Of a stretch of DNA of 64,000 nt, positions 40,024 to 54,700 are shown in pieces. Both the position numbers and the translations under genes were made by a program. This DNA comes from Lingula anatina (Eukaryota > Animalia > Brachiopoda). How positions within the stretch are numbered: position 1 is the first letter of the stretch; each line of letters begins with the position of its first letter. The DNA lies in NCBI GenBank assembly GCA_051362555.1, contig CM120640.1:52926788-52990787 (forward strand), in the 5' to 3' direction. Below the pieces are notes generated by a model that saw nothing but the letters and a program-made list of their open reading frames with translations, did not search any database and had not been told where the DNA came from.

Positions 40024-43000
40024 AGTTAAATTCCTCTTATGTGGCACCTTGTCCACGTGGGATAAACCACCACTGCATACATTATCGTGGTGCCATAAAG
40101 TCATTAATAACTGAATTCTGGAGAATATAGAAATCTGACCAGCTATTATTTACCCTCTCAGTTTGTTCTTTATATGAAGCACATGTATTTTAAGTCACTG
40201 CTTTGAAAATGTGGGATACTAGAAATGGATATACTATTAGTTCATGATCTTATGTTGTTCATAAGTGATTATTTATTTACCATAACTTTCCTCCACAAAG
40301 TTGAGTGAATACTACATTGCTAAGTATCTTCAACTGGTACTTGTGTTATCTACATATAAAGGTGTATGTCATAGTGGTTTATCTTATCTCAGAATTGAAT
40401 TCTAGATTTTGGTATTCATGTGGCATTTTATTGTGATTTAGAGCTGTAATATAGTTTCTAAAGCTAATTTAATGCTTTGGGCCTAGAGCATTTTATGTGC
40501 TTGATATTGAATTACTATAAAATTCATATGGCCAGGTAAAATACAACAACAAAATGCATATTTATGATATATGAGCTACGTGCCCATTGTCACTGTTTGT
40601 GATACTTAAAATGGATATTTGTAATTGACCTTTTAACATGTAGTGATATGCAATCAGAGTGCAGTACAGTACTAGCATATTGATTTTTATATCCAAAAAT
40701 TCAATATTTTTTACAGTTGGGAGGTCAAATAATTTTGTGTTCTTTAATTTTGCCTTTATGGCTTGATCTATATGGCAAAATTTTATTAAATGTGTCTCAT
40801 AAAAAGTTTGTTTGTATTGCCGTGAAAATACTTATTAGCAGTGACATCTTGTATATCCTCTATAACTAATAACAGTTATTAATGCTTTGATCACAGGCAG
40901 ATGAATTTTTGAAAAGACCAGTAACAAGGTTTCATTTAACTTGCAGAAAGTTAACTTTGGTTATACTTCTAGCACCTTCAGTCCAATTGATAACATTATA
41001 TGACAATATGTGCACATCCATGACACTGGGTAACAACAGTGGGACATGGGCAGCAAAATTTCAACATAGTGCCAAACTTGTGAGCAGGCTTACCACATTG
41101 TGTTTTGCTTTATATTAAATTTTTTTGGAAAATGTAACATTAAACATATTCAAAAATTATCAGGAAAGAGTACACTAAACTTCACAGAGTTGGCAAAGCA
41201 CACTGATCTGGAATCAGTGGTTAAACAGCAATGATATGAAATCACCATGCGTGCAAAAAGCAGGAACAGGATATAGCTTATTCAATTATTCTCATTCAAT
41301 ATTGATGTGACCGGGATGTTATGTCCTCAATGGAAACCTCCACTGTATGTTAAGTCCCTGAATAGGGAAACAAAACTACACGCTAGCTGTGGTTTCGCTG
41401 TCATGCATCTCTGAAGGGATCGAAACAGGATTGGGTCACAACATCTGTGATTATAGGCTGAGACGACAGGATTTCCTTACACCTTATTGTTTTATGCAAA
41501 GCAGAGTGTATTACAGATATTTAAATCCTGAAATTGAATGATTTGTATAGTTCACGTGTATGGGAGATCATACTTTTGTACTGAAGTTGAAAATGCAAAT
41601 GATTGGCACATTAACCCGTTTTCTTCACCCATCAGAATTTGCGACAAAGAGCAATTTTTATATTTTCTTACTGTGTGTGCCATAAAAACATGACAATACT
41701 ATTCTAAGAGCTTTCTTTTCTAGAATGGACAGCTGCAAAACAGACTGGTATGTCTTGTCTCAGATTTAAGTGCTGTTTGATTGTCATTTTCGGCTAAGAA
41801 TTAAAAAGTTTAAAATACACAGCAATGTTTGGAAACACAAAATTTTTTGTTATAATAAGACAAATCCATCCCCTTTCACACGAAAGCACCCCCATTTGTA
41901 ATCAAACGCATGGGAACATTTTGACAGACTTTCAAAGATGACAACCCACTGTTGTTACCCATGGCAAGTATTGTGGAGGTGCAGATATATATATATATAT
42001 AACTAAATTCCACCTATACTGTAAATCCAAAAGAACCCAAGAAACAAATATAATCTCATTATACACGTATTTGTTCTTGAAAGATAAGTTTCTGGCAGAA
42101 AAAAATATTTCTGGGAAAAATATGGACTGACAAAATTTTGTAAAAAAAAAAAAAATGGGCATGCTGGAAAAATCTTTTGGAAAACACTTAACAGTGGTTT
42201 TTGTAAACAGTCAGTATTTTAAGGTTTTACCAAACATGTCTATGAAACATAATATTTATCATGAAAACATCATTTCATGATTAATAATATATCATGAAAT
42301 GTTGTTTTCATGATATATTATGTAAATAACTTTTCATTAAATATATGTAAGGGGGGGTGTGTGTGTGTGTTAAATCCATTGATACATATAGTTTTGAACA
42401 TGTTATATATAAGGTGAAATAAACTTAAAAAATGCTGTCAAAATATCAGTTGAAACATATTTAGTTATGGTGCTTGTGTTTTAGGTTTACGAAATGGATG
42501 GCAGATTATTAGCCCTAGCAAGTCCTTTACTGTCTATGCAGCCACTGCTACAGAGAAAGCTGAGTGGATGGCACATATAAACAAATGTGTACAAGACCTC
42601 CTAGCCAAGAGTAAGTTGTTGACTCTTGTTTAGGATAACCCTAATACTGGAGATTATTATTATCAGAGAGCAGTACATACAATCAGTTTTGTTCATGATT
42701 ATGTTTGCCAAGATGAAAGTGATGATTTATTGCCCAATATTATCTGTCTGGCTTTATATGCTGTCAGGTTTTTCCTATGTTTATGAAATGTATTGTTATT
42801 ATGAAGACCATAACTCATTTTGGAGTGGAGTTCTGGTAATGGGAGGTGGAAAATGGCAGCTGCACTGTGACCAGGGACTTGTATCACATACCAGTTTGTC
42901 TTATTAGATTTTTCTATTGATGGAGGGAATTTTTTATAATAATATGAAATCAATCTACTGTTAAAACAGACTTATTTTCTATTCATGGGGTTTGAGAACA

Positions 43001-45838
43001 TTCTATAAAATGGGATTCATTTTCCAGTGATTCTGAATGATGCAATATTTAGAGATAAATCTTCTGTAAATAGTCAGGCACTGGGGCAGCAGAGCCTTTA
43101 CCATAACTGCACTTCATAGAGAGTGATTTAATGCTTGAAGATTTGTTTTGCAGCGGGCAGCAGTCTCAAATTGCTTCTTTTTTTAACTTGTGTATCAATG
43201 TAATTTAGGGAAACATATTGTTATAAAAGTGTTTTTGGGAATATGACATTTGTTGTCACTTGTATAGATATATAATGACCATTAAATGTTCATATGATAC
43301 ATACTCATGTGATGCTCTCTGTGTGTTTTCTGTTAGTGGCATTTTTTTGTGATATTTGGTAGCTTCTTAGAAATTTATTCAAAAATAATACCTTTCTTTG
43401 AAACTATAAAGCTTAGGTTTTATTTTAAGAGGGTAGATGAGAAGAGTCAGACTATTTTGAATTTTTGTATTGTTTGCTTTAAAAATTCATAGAAATAGCT
43501 TGCTATTTATTTATCCAGGAGGAAAGAAGCACCAGGCAGTGGATGACAGTCCAGTTTGGATACCAGATTCCGAGGCCAGTAAGTGCATGCAGTGCAACAG
43601 AGTGGAGTTCTCTATTCTAAATCGAAGGGTAGGCATAGTGTTGTATGTATAAAGACTTACTTAACTCAAGACTTAGCTTTTTCAGTAGAAAAAAATCTCT
43701 GTCACTTGGTATTTAATATATATATATATATATTGTATAATTATATCATTGTATGTAATCTGGTTTATTCATTGGATTTTATAGTAAATTTAAAATGTAC
43801 CACATTTTTATATAGACTCACCCTTCAAGAAAAGATATTTTCAACAAACTGACAAAAAGTGGAAGTACATGAGTACATGTTTTTTCACTGTTTCCCGGTG
43901 TACCTAATGCAAACACTGTGTCATGAAGTAAAAGGAAGATTTTGATACAAAATATGAAAGGCAGCATTTATACAGACTTGTTCACAATGTCTTTGATGTG
44001 TACACACTCAGAATTCAAGAAACAAGATTTTAGTTAACTAATTAGTTTAAATTTTGTTTTTTGAATCTTCTTTATTCTGCATGGATATTTTCTCAAAATG
44101 TGCAGTGTTGCTCATCAAAAAATCATTCAGGAGCTTCCCAAATACAACTGACTGATGTCACAGTGCATTTCCATTTTTGACGAGATTATGAATGCATAAG
44201 CATCATGGTTTGCTCCAAATTTTAAGCGTTCTACTCAAAAACTTATGTAACAGTTTGAATTAAAGTTTGGTACATAAATTATTTATATGTCATAACTCAT
44301 TGCACCTGTGCACAAAATTTGAGAGCTTGAGTTATCCAAGTTTTTTCGACAATGCCAGTTTCTCGAAGGGTGAGTGTAAGCCAGTGAAATGCAGATTTAT
44401 AATCCCTGCCCACAACTTGATAAATTTGAATTATTAATTCTCCAACTCTTAACTATGCAACCATGCATACATGCACACATTTATCTTTGCAAAAAGTTAC
44501 ATTTATTTCAGCACCACTGCAGAAAGTGTGGCCGTGTGGTGTGTAACCCCTGCTCCAGCAAGAAATGGCTGCTTCCGCAGCAGTCTTCCAAACCTTTGAG
44601 AGTATGCTTGAACTGTTATGATCAGTTAGCTGCCAGTGGATCAAGACCCGGTAAGTGAGATATAAGCAGATTGGAAAATAGAAGGTTGCTGGCTGTTCAA
44701 AGCATGTATTCACTTGTCTGTATTTTGGAAGAGACCTTGTTTATGAAAATGTTGAAGTTACGATGTGAAATCACTTTGTTGTATCATAAATGAAAATTAT
44801 CAAACGCAAGCGGAAATATTTTCATACCTCATAATCCAACTACCTGGCTAATGAACATTTTTGCTCACATCACAAGTCACCCTACTTTTTGTTGTATAAG
44901 GTTGTTAATACAATTTCAATGTGTGTTGAGATCAGTTTTCAGAATAATGTTCTTATACAATGGTACTTAGTAAATTTATCATAATTATCCTGTAGATGAC
45001 AGACTAGTTACCAATGCTGGCAGTCAGGAGTCGTCAGGGGAAGATTCCTCAGATGATGATGATGATGAAGAAGATACACCCACTGTCAGGGATAATGAGG
45101 TGAGAATATTGTCCTGAAGCTACCCTCAACCATGGTCACAAATTGATTTTTCACTGAATTATCACAAATATGTCTCTGGCGTATTCATGACATGATTCTC
45201 TGCTGTGACCCTGTTCTGAAATTTCAACCCTGTTCTGAAATTTCAAGGATAATTACAGGGTGGGTAACCGTTTGCATAACTTCTAGACACAGCCAATTAA
45301 CAAGTCCTTGCCAAATCTGACTGCAATCAAGGCAGTTAATTGGTCTGTCCTTATTGGCCTGATTTGCTGTACTCGATCTCGGCTGTCACCTTGATTGGCC
45401 AATGAAACTAAAAACCACAAAAAACTACTTTAAAATTCCTTACTAGTTTACCATAATACAAAAAGGAAGAAAAACTATCAATGTTAGATAAGCACTATAA
45501 GCATTTATAAAGTTGCTACATATATAGTTAGATGTTTTTTAAACAAAGATGGGCCCACACAGATAAAAATCCAAATAAAATAGAAAAGCCATCAGATCAT
45601 CAAACGAACTGCCCGTACCTAAAAAAAGTGGTATGTGTTAGTGCTAACCATTCTGGGGCTCTGGCAGAGAGTATCCTGAAACTAGGTTGTTTTGATCAGA
45701 TATGTTGTATTTCTTGTAAAGATATTGATAACAACTGTTTTAATAAAAAAAAACTTCAAATTCAAGTTACATTTTCCAAAAACACACTAGCTAGTACATG
45801 CTTCCTGTCTTACATTCCAGCCGTCATTCTACCAATGA
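36705..45838 (+). CDS. PLEKHF2: PH and FYVE domain protein Phafin2 (Rush hour-like), 9 coding exons
   Basis: Exons 36705-36720, 38477-38541, 38915-39052, 39368-39431, 42485-42610, 43519-43628, 44512-44650, 44996-45099 and probable last exon 45821-45838 give MVDRLVNSDAN, GRVLVGEGVLTKMCRK, VYAATATEKAEWMAHINKC, WIPD, RRHHCRKCG, RVC, an acidic tail and PSFYQ-stop. Confidence 0.93.
37293..37988. mobile_element. Rearranged non-autonomous DNA transposon with internal inverted and direct repeats
   Basis: About 75-bp inverted arms at 37470-37547 and 37917-37988; motif CCTTCAAGAxxTCGACG recurs; terminus TAGACTTGCCCTTCAAGAAA is shared with 43813-44378. Confidence 0.8.
39984..40021. repeat. (CA)n microsatellite
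   Basis: Directly visible. Confidence 0.95.
43813..44378. mobile_element. TA-bounded MITE, probably Tc1/mariner-type
   Basis: Ends TAGACTCACCCTTCAAGAAA and TTTCTCGAAGGGTGAGTGTA (18/20 complementary); about 44205-44330 resembles the reverse complement of about 37365-37490. Confidence 0.75.
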
Positions 45839-47415
45839 GGGGTAAAAACTGCAGAGGATGCAGCTTCTGAGTAATGTACACTTCTCCATTTTTATGAAGA
45901 AGAGCAGTCAAACTTGAGTTGTGATTACTGTATGCTTCACTTGTACGTGGTTCAACACTCAAAGGGAGGATCGTTTGTTTATTATTCCAGAAAATGGCTG
46001 GATGGAAAAGGCAGACAAACAAAGAAACAAATAGAAATATGTTTTTCAAAATAGGATTTATAATGCAGTGTTTAGAGTTTATTTACCCAAGCAGCACTCA
46101 TGATATGTGTAATATTGTGCATAAGTCTTTGTTAATGCAGCAGTTAATAATTATCAATTAAAATCTCGTCTGTACATGCTTCTCACGTAATTAAGCTGGA
46201 ATTGACTCTGTTCAGTGCAGTGGGATATAATGCTTTTGCTTCCCTCTACACAGCATGATGGACTTAGCAAAGCCTAAACAGGTTTCTTGTGGAGATAAAA
46301 TTTTGTGGCAAGAAAATGAGAGGTGGCAATTGTCAGAAACTATTGTCAGTGTGTGGAAGAAAATGCCGATATAAAACTTTAATTTATATATTAAGTAACA
46401 AATGCTTTAAAAATAGTGATGGCTACTTGTAGGATGCTATTGACACATTGGCATCTCACTTTGAATCTGTACAGTAAAAGATTATATATTATCCCCATAT
46501 CTTGTATGTATTGAAAAGCAATAAATAAAATTCTTATTCTATGAGTTATTGAAACAGTTGAAAATATTGTAATCCAATGATGAACATGGAAATAAAAGAT
46601 AAGCACCAATGTAAAATTAGATAATTTCTGAGATTCACTGTCAATAATTGAATTGTGCAATCTCTAATAAAATGCCATTTTTGGCACTGTGCTTTTTTTT
46701 TACATTTTGAAATGCATATATTAAACAATTATACATAATTTATAGTTTTTCAGCGAAACTAAAAAAAATATTAAGTGCAAATTAAAGATAATTATTGGAA
46801 AGAAAAGCAGTAGTGCATGAGCATAATTTTACAATATACATTCTGTGTAATTGTCTTGTTTAAGTAGAGACAGTGCTGTGAACCCTGTTGATATTTTTGT
46901 TAAGAGCATCAGTACTTTATCATATTGTAAATGCTTCATTCCTGGTTTACCTTTATGCATATCAGTCTTCAGATCATCTTATCTAAGCCAGTAGTTATCT
47001 ATTGTGCAAGTAGCTTTTTAATGTATTTAACTTCATGTACAAAGTCTTGATGTATTGATCTTTATTTCCTGGAATATAATGAAACTACATGTATGGCTAC
47101 TGATGATGTATGACACATATACACATTTCCTTATATTCTTACACAAAGTGTTCATTGAGTAAAATTTGGTATTTGGCAACCATTTGGATTTATTAAAATT
47201 CATTTATAGTTTTCATCACAGATTTCAATATGATGGTATTATAAACCTTTCTTTTAGGATTCAATTGTTAGACAATACAACTATTTAAGTTTCCTTAAGT
47301 TGTGAATTAAATGTTAAATTTTAAATCTAATTATTTCCCTCGCTCACTCTGAATGCTCTTAGAAGAGGAGTGTGATTTCAACTTCACAGTCATTAAGGCA
47401 GTATTCACAATTTAA

Positions 47416-47597
47416 GGGGCCATTCAGAATGAGGGATGCAGTAATTAAATCTCGGCTCCATTCGACCAGACGCGTGAGGAGGCGTGTGAGAGGTGGAGAG
47501 ACCATTACAAGATTAAGTGGTCTTCCTTTCATGTAGGTCCACTATATTTAGGCTGTGGACCAGTTAGCACTCGGATCTTCTCATTCTGAATGGCCCC
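47416..47597. mobile_element. PIF/Harbinger (Tourist-like) MITE
   Basis: Perfect 18-bp TIR GGGGCCATTCAGAATGAG, TAA on both sides; interior homologous to the right arm of 63357-63657. Confidence 0.9.
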
Positions 47598-48750
47598 TAA
47601 GAAAGGTGTAATAATTCTCATTTACTTTTATGTACATATGTCTGATTTTGTAGTCGTTGAATAGAAATGGATCTGCCAACACTAATATTTTAGAGGTAAC
47701 AAAGTAAAATTCATAATGCAGAAATGAGCAAAATGTTGTGTTCAATTGAAAACTTAGAGTTTATCTCTTCGCGATCATGTTTGACATAACAAGGGCAACT
47801 GTAGGAAATATTTAAATGAATATTTATGCAGGAAAATTCATTTTTTTTAAATTAAACAGGTTTCTGTTATGGGATTTGCCACAAAGCCTCACAATACCAG
47901 TAATTGGCAAGGTACAATGCACACTCTAGTTAATAACCACCATCGTAATTGTGGGATGACGCTGTTCTTCGTTTAAAGGAAGTTCAACGTCACATTTTTG
48001 TTAAATCTGTTTTGACGTGCATGTAAGAATAAGAACGGCTATGATTGTTCATCATGGTATCCCTCGTGCAAACCATGTTTAAAATATTTGGACTTTATTA
48101 AAATCGAACAATTTTTTTTAATGGTAAAGTGTAAAACTGATGCTACCTATAGGCCTGTACAGCGAATAATAATTATGTATGCAGGATAGACGCAAATTAG
48201 ATATTAACATGTTGACTACTATGGTTATGCAATGTGGAATTAGTGCAGGATTCCCACAACCAGACAATTCAGTGGAATGGCTGTGAACAGCAAGAGCCTC
48301 GTTCTAGCCTGGCCTTGCACTTCTAATTGCTACCAGGCTACATTAGGACAGAACACATCAGATCATAAGCCAAGCAACTTGGAATCACAGCCATCGTTTA
48401 TATATCGTCTCCTACTTCTCAATGCTTTCTTCAAAAAGATTCAAAGGTGGTCGGCCCCATGTTGCATATTAACCTATAACTCATGAGAGTCAAGAAAACT
48501 GTGCTAAGTTTCAGATAAGTCAGTGGGCAAACATCAGTTCGATATGCCGTCTTATCTACTTGACAAGCTTGGATCACTCTTCAGAGTGCAAGATAAGTGT
48601 TATTTACTGTACCAAGATCACGGGACGTTTGCTTGTGATGACGTTTTGATCAAAGTTTAATAAACTTAAGACGTTCATCTGCAATTCAGTCTTGCCCTGT
48701 ACTTTTTTGGGAAGGGAGTTAGAAAATTCTACCGAACAACAAAACTGAAA

Positions 48751-51700
48751 ATGAAGACGATTTTGTTTCTTTTGGCTGTGCTGTGCTACACCTCGGCTTA
48801 CAGAGGTAAGGGTTTTCTTAGGATTTGCTCATTTTCCCACTTATAACGTCAGCTTATTCTAACAATGTATCCGCCTCCGTTAAAAGTAATCAGCCAACAG
48901 AAGTATTGCTCTCCAGAAGGATCACATTCTTCACCAGTTTTGTTATAAATAGCCACTATTAATTAAATTACTAGTAGATCAAATTTAATGCACTTTCTTC
49001 TTATCTTACAGTCACCGCACCTCCTCGTTAACCATCTTTGCCAATGGCTAACCCCTGAATATAAATTAATATCCAATTATTTTTTCAGCGCCAATCATGA
49101 ATGAATATTCCAAGACTGCTATTCCAAATGAATACATCGTCGTATTCAATGAAAGTGCTTCATCAGATGCAGGTACATGTTATGTCAATGAGACCCCATT
49201 TATATGAAAACTGAAATTAATCTCCAAAGTTGATATGAATCACTTACATAGAACAAAATGTGTGTATTTTTTACCAGGAAAATCAAACTTGAAAACTGAA
49301 TTATAGATTGCAGGAAGTGATCATTGATTGACAGAGTTAAATTTCAACTGATAACAGTGAAGGCGACCAGTTTACACCTGGTACTCGCAATCAGTAGTTT
49401 TTGTTCAAATAATCAAATAATTGATTAGCTTATTGTTAATGATTTACTTATACATTAAAACTTTTTATATGTCGAATATGTCGAATACTTTAAAATGAGC
49501 TCAGCATTACCAAATACTAATTAATTTTAGTAAATTGCAGCCCATTTCCTTCAACCTCTTAAAACACTGCAATCAAAAACCATATGGCTGTCAAGAAAAA
49601 CTTCTAGCAGAATGGCATAAAGCCACTTTTTCGCAGGCGAAATAAAGGAAGTTTTGTGGATAATTACCTTTATATGACTTATAATTTTGTCATGTTTGAC
49701 TTATTTTATCTTCATTGTACTTGTTTGTGCTCTTGGAGGTATAAAATGGCGAAGATAACAACGAACCTGGGACGGCAAAAAGTAAATGATTAACCGAAAA
49801 TTAAAATTATATATATATATATATCAACAAATTATCTTGGAAACTGTTATCAACTGTAATTTTGAACGAGTGAATGGCGCGACATTTTGATATTAAAGCA
49901 GATATCATTTCATGGAGCATTTCACGTCAATCTTGTGCAGTGTGCCACACAACCAGCGTTATGTTTATCCAACGCAATTAAAACATTTGTAAGACTATTA
50001 GGACGCAACAAACAATTTTTTTGGGAGGGGGGCGGAGTTGGACAAGTAACTGTTTTATGTTGTATTTTGAAGTACTACAATAATTTCTTACCTGTACTTT
50101 GGAATATTCGTTACACATTTCTATGCTCTAGTCCTGAAGCACATGAAAACGCTGCCAACACATCTGCATACCACGTCCGACTTCGTCATTGGGAAATTTC
50201 GAGGGTATGGAGTAAAAGCCGCAAACAAGAGGTAGGGGTATATATGTCATTCTATTAAGTTGCATTTTAATGGCGTAGCTTAAGTGCAAGTTAACGGAGA
50301 AGTCATAACTTTTCTCAGTTTTTAATAAATGCAATACGTGAGATGGTTGTATACATTCCAACTTTTACTACAGAAACTGAAAATATATACATGTTTTAGA
50401 TAATTACTCTTTTTCTGTAAATATCAGTATGTCAGTAAGCATATTATTCTCACATCTTAATCCTGTGATCAATAGGTTTCTTAGACAAAAATTCATTTGA
50501 AATCTCGGGAGACAGCATAGGGTAGACCGGGGCTAGTTCGACGATGGTCCTTCGTCAATTCATGAAAAAGTAACGACGTTAAAAAATGATCACATAATCT
50601 TGTAAAGTGACCGTATCCAGTGCCAAGAAAGCGTCATAATTGTGGATCCGTTGTTTGTTAAAATCACTGAGCTATAGTTCATTGTTAAAATAAAGTCGTA
50701 TTTGTGAAATGAATAAAAGTTGAAATTGTTAGTAACTTCTAAAACAAGAGTTAATTATTCGTTAAAAACCAAATTTACACCATTATTGATTTGTGTTGCA
50801 TAGATGTATTTGAATTGGTCACATGAAGAATGCACACCAGGAGATTAAAACAAACTCAAGAGTTTGTTAAATTAATACCAGTTTCAGGTTGAAAATTTTA
50901 GTTACTTTTAAAACAAAAGTTAATTATTGGTATTCAATCATTCAAAACCTATTTTGTACCATTATTAGTTTTTAAATAAAAAACAAGATTGATTCATAAA
51001 TACAGACTTGACATTTAATATAGAATATTTCAGTTTCGAAGGTATGCCTAGGTAAAAATGCGTTTTTTTTTTCAACAAACTCCAATCTCATATAAAATAT
51101 GTGAATGGAGAAGTGTGTAGACAGGTGTGTCGCTACCAATTAACTGAACCCCGGGTTTGTTGCGCTGCTGCATTATATAATATGCAGTGATTTAATTGGA
51201 TAGTGCTCCTTTGGGCAGGTCAAAGCTTGGCTTTGGCCAAGCATGGTTCTGCCAAAAAAGTATCCGTATGTCAGTAACTACTGCATAGAAGAATTTGAAA
51301 TTCTGCATGCAAGTGGTCGGTTTTGCAGTGTGTAAAATGAGCTATGCAGTGCTTTACAAGTTTGTTAGTCTGTGGCAGAATGGCGCGAAAAAGACAGACA
51401 TTGCCAGACAGATAATTGCGTCAAACGAAACGGTCCGCACAGTTTTATAGAGTAATGCCCAGACTGATGTACCTACACAGAGGCCACACCCAATGTATTG
51501 AAATCTTACCACCAGGGTACAGGGCCCACTTTCTTTCGGGGTATGCTGTTGCAACTAAACGAAAACCACCCAGTCCGTTCAGAATGAGGGGTAAATTGCC
51601 ACCAAAACGCATTTTTCAAGACCCTTAACGAACACCAAACTGGTTTTAGCAGGTTAGAATACCAGACGACCTCCGAGGAACCCACTGTAAACAGCAAAAC

Positions 51701-54700
51701 ATCGTTGTATGTTTCTCTAATGAATTGGGGACCTTAGCCGTTTCTTGGTTGAACACTGAAACCTCGTGGGTTTCTTTATTGAGGTCAGATTTCACCTGTA
51801 CCGTTCAACTAGTCAAAACAGAGTTTACAGACATCCAGAAGAGGCCAACGACGAAGCCTGTGCCACGTCTAACGTGACTAAGGTCATTAACAGCGTCAGT
51901 ATTTGGAGTAGATACCACATTGGTGCCAAAACACAAATGGTAGTCATCGACGAAAACCTGAACCAGATCAAATACAGGAATAATCTGGGAACCACTTGAC
52001 TATCATTTGATAGGGGGCACCTTATGGACAATTTTAAGTTGCACGATGAGATTGCCGGTTCACACAGAGCACTTTTAAAAGCAGATTACTTACGGAACCA
52101 AGGGAATGAGCAGCTACCTTGGTCATCAAAATAGCCATATTTGAACCACATAGACAATATGTGGGTAGGCCATTACTTGCCAAAACAATGCCCTGCATGT
52201 CCTACAACAAAACTGAACCAAATTGGACAGATTTTGACCGTTGCCTGGATTGTTATGCCAGATTGAACTCTACAAACATATCCCAAAGAATGCCTTGCCA
52301 CTTGAGAGCTCTGGTAGCAGCCAGAAGATGTCAGGCGTAACAGCAACCGTCACTGTGACTAGACACTGACATGAGGGTCCTTTGTGGAGCATGTTACTCT
52401 TTTTCCAGACAATAATTTGGAAAATATGGAGATCCAAAATATCGTTTTTAATGGTAGTCGTACGACATAGAATAGGCAATGTGTTTTTGTTCGCTTCTCT
52501 GGCGAATTCAATTAATGAACTGATGTCACAATGACATCAAAGAGATAACTAAAATATATTAAAACACGATTTTAATCCTGGTTTTCATTTATCAGTCAGC
52601 AAAATAGGGGAAAACTTGTTAAAAATGTTTTGGAAAAAATATTCCATATTAAATGTCATGTCTGTATATGGGCTCTTGTGATGTTTTTTTTTTCAACACA
52701 TAATAATGAAGGTTATGCACAGAAACCTCAATAAATCGGTCTCATTTGAACTACTAATTCAGCAGACTTTAAAAATAAGTTTAATTAAATTAAAATCTGT
52801 TAAAATGTTCTTCGTGGCTTTTACACGGAAGACTAACTGTATTATTAAAAGTATAGGTGCCAACATGCCCTGGCCCTGACCATGTGGTTTTGTCAAATTT
52901 TGAGCCATTTGGCATTATATTTGCAAAATTATAACGTTACAATTTTAGCTAAGACCTCGCCCCTTGTTCTAAAACCGGTTTTGTTGTTCTAACTCATCCC
53001 CAGTTGACTCTACAAGGCCAAAATACCTAACTCGACCAACTAGCCCTGGTCTTTCCTACTACTCAAGTGATATGTGCAAATTGCAGTCAACTTCATTACG
53101 TTTTAACAATGCAGATATTACACAAAGAGATAAACGAAAAAAGATTTGTAATCATATTAACACCACCATCTACAAAAATGTAAATAGAAATGATTTTTTT
53201 CAGCGATAAAGAAATTCATCTATAACTGTAATGACGATTGTATTATAGGAGATGGTTGTAACATGTCTGAATTGAATACTTGTGACACCTTCTTAAATGA
53301 GATCGCTTATCTGTCCTGTAAGACTCCTGTGTAAAAACACCATATACATATACATATACATTCATTACACTGAATATGCCTACTCTTAAGAACACAATTC
53401 CACTACCAAGGTTATTGAAAATGGATGGTGAACTAACTTATGGCTTTGTTTCTTGTTCTTTAGTCATCTAGAACATGTACGTAGCGACCCAATTGTGAAG
53501 TACGTCGAGCCAAATATGCAAGTTAAGGCATTTTCATGTGCGGAACAAAAAGGCGCTCCTTGGGTAAGTGTGTAAGTACTAGGGGATGAGTACTAGTGCC
53601 TCAAAACCATACTGTATTACAGATAACGCAAACAAATTATCTTTGGCTTTGCTAATTTCTTCTTAAAAATCAACAAGTTCATGAATCTCATTCATTCGAA
53701 ATACTGTATTCGTGTTCTTCCATTTTAAACGCCATTTCTTTTAAATCTTATAAATAGTCATCACTTCCTTGGCCAGTGCGTGCCGGCAGTTTTTTAATAA
53801 CAAGTTAGGATGTTTCCATAGACGTAAGAGGGGTTACCATATCTTAAATTGGGATTTTAAACAAAATTACAGTAAGGAAAGAGGGATCTGCGTGGTAATG
53901 TTCTTGCACGTGCACTCAAAATATGCATAATCAGCAACAGACTTACCAGTAGCTTAATTAATACGTGGTCCTAACAATGATCAGCCGAATACTCAAGTTC
54001 GATAATATACCTTATATTTTAATATTAAAATTGTTATAAGGATTATTTGTTACTTTGTAGATAGACGCCCTATACTAACTTTTGTAGTGGCTAGACACTG
54101 ACAGATGTGTTCTTTGTGGGGCGTGTAACTCTTTAACAGTTGTTAATTTGGAAAATATGAAGATTCAAATAATGCTTTTAATGGTTATTTTATAACTTGA
54201 GGTCGCTAAATATACTTCTTTGCTGCTTTGACTGGGTTCCCATACCTAGATCGGTCTAACAGGGTCGATCCATCTCCCAGGGGTTTATTCTTTTCATTAA
54301 TCAGTGAGAAGAATAGGAAAATCAGAGAAAAATAATTTGGAAAAGTATTCCATATTAAATTTCAAGTCTATACATAATGTATATATCAACTTCATTAATT
54401 GGGGGTATCGGTGCTATAAAGGTCTTTATTCTACATAATAGTTTTTCCCGTTTCTTTTACGTGAAACACATATCTTCAATTTACTGCATTAAAATAAACA
54501 CTAAAAGAGCAAGCCTACAAACCCTGTCTTTTGTTACTTTATTTTCCATGCCATGCCAATCCTGTGTTTTGGTGTGACACAGTGACCGTTGTAATGTGAC
54601 ACAGCTAGAGTCCCCCATGATAGAGATTTTTTTTCTCATTCATTTGTACAGGCAAGTCTCGCCCTAGCTTTTGACCCATTTAGGTCAGGCTAACCCTAAC

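Noticed and set aside
41300-41490. GC-richer intronic stretch with faint resemblance to a 28S rRNA motif
   Set aside because: Similarity is too short and patchy for an rRNA call; probably an unclassified repeat fragment.
45286-45349. Hairpin of about 65 nt (CCAATTAAC...GTTAATTGG) after a 19-bp tandem duplication
   Set aside because: No match to a miRNA I recognise, and the context looks like repeat debris.
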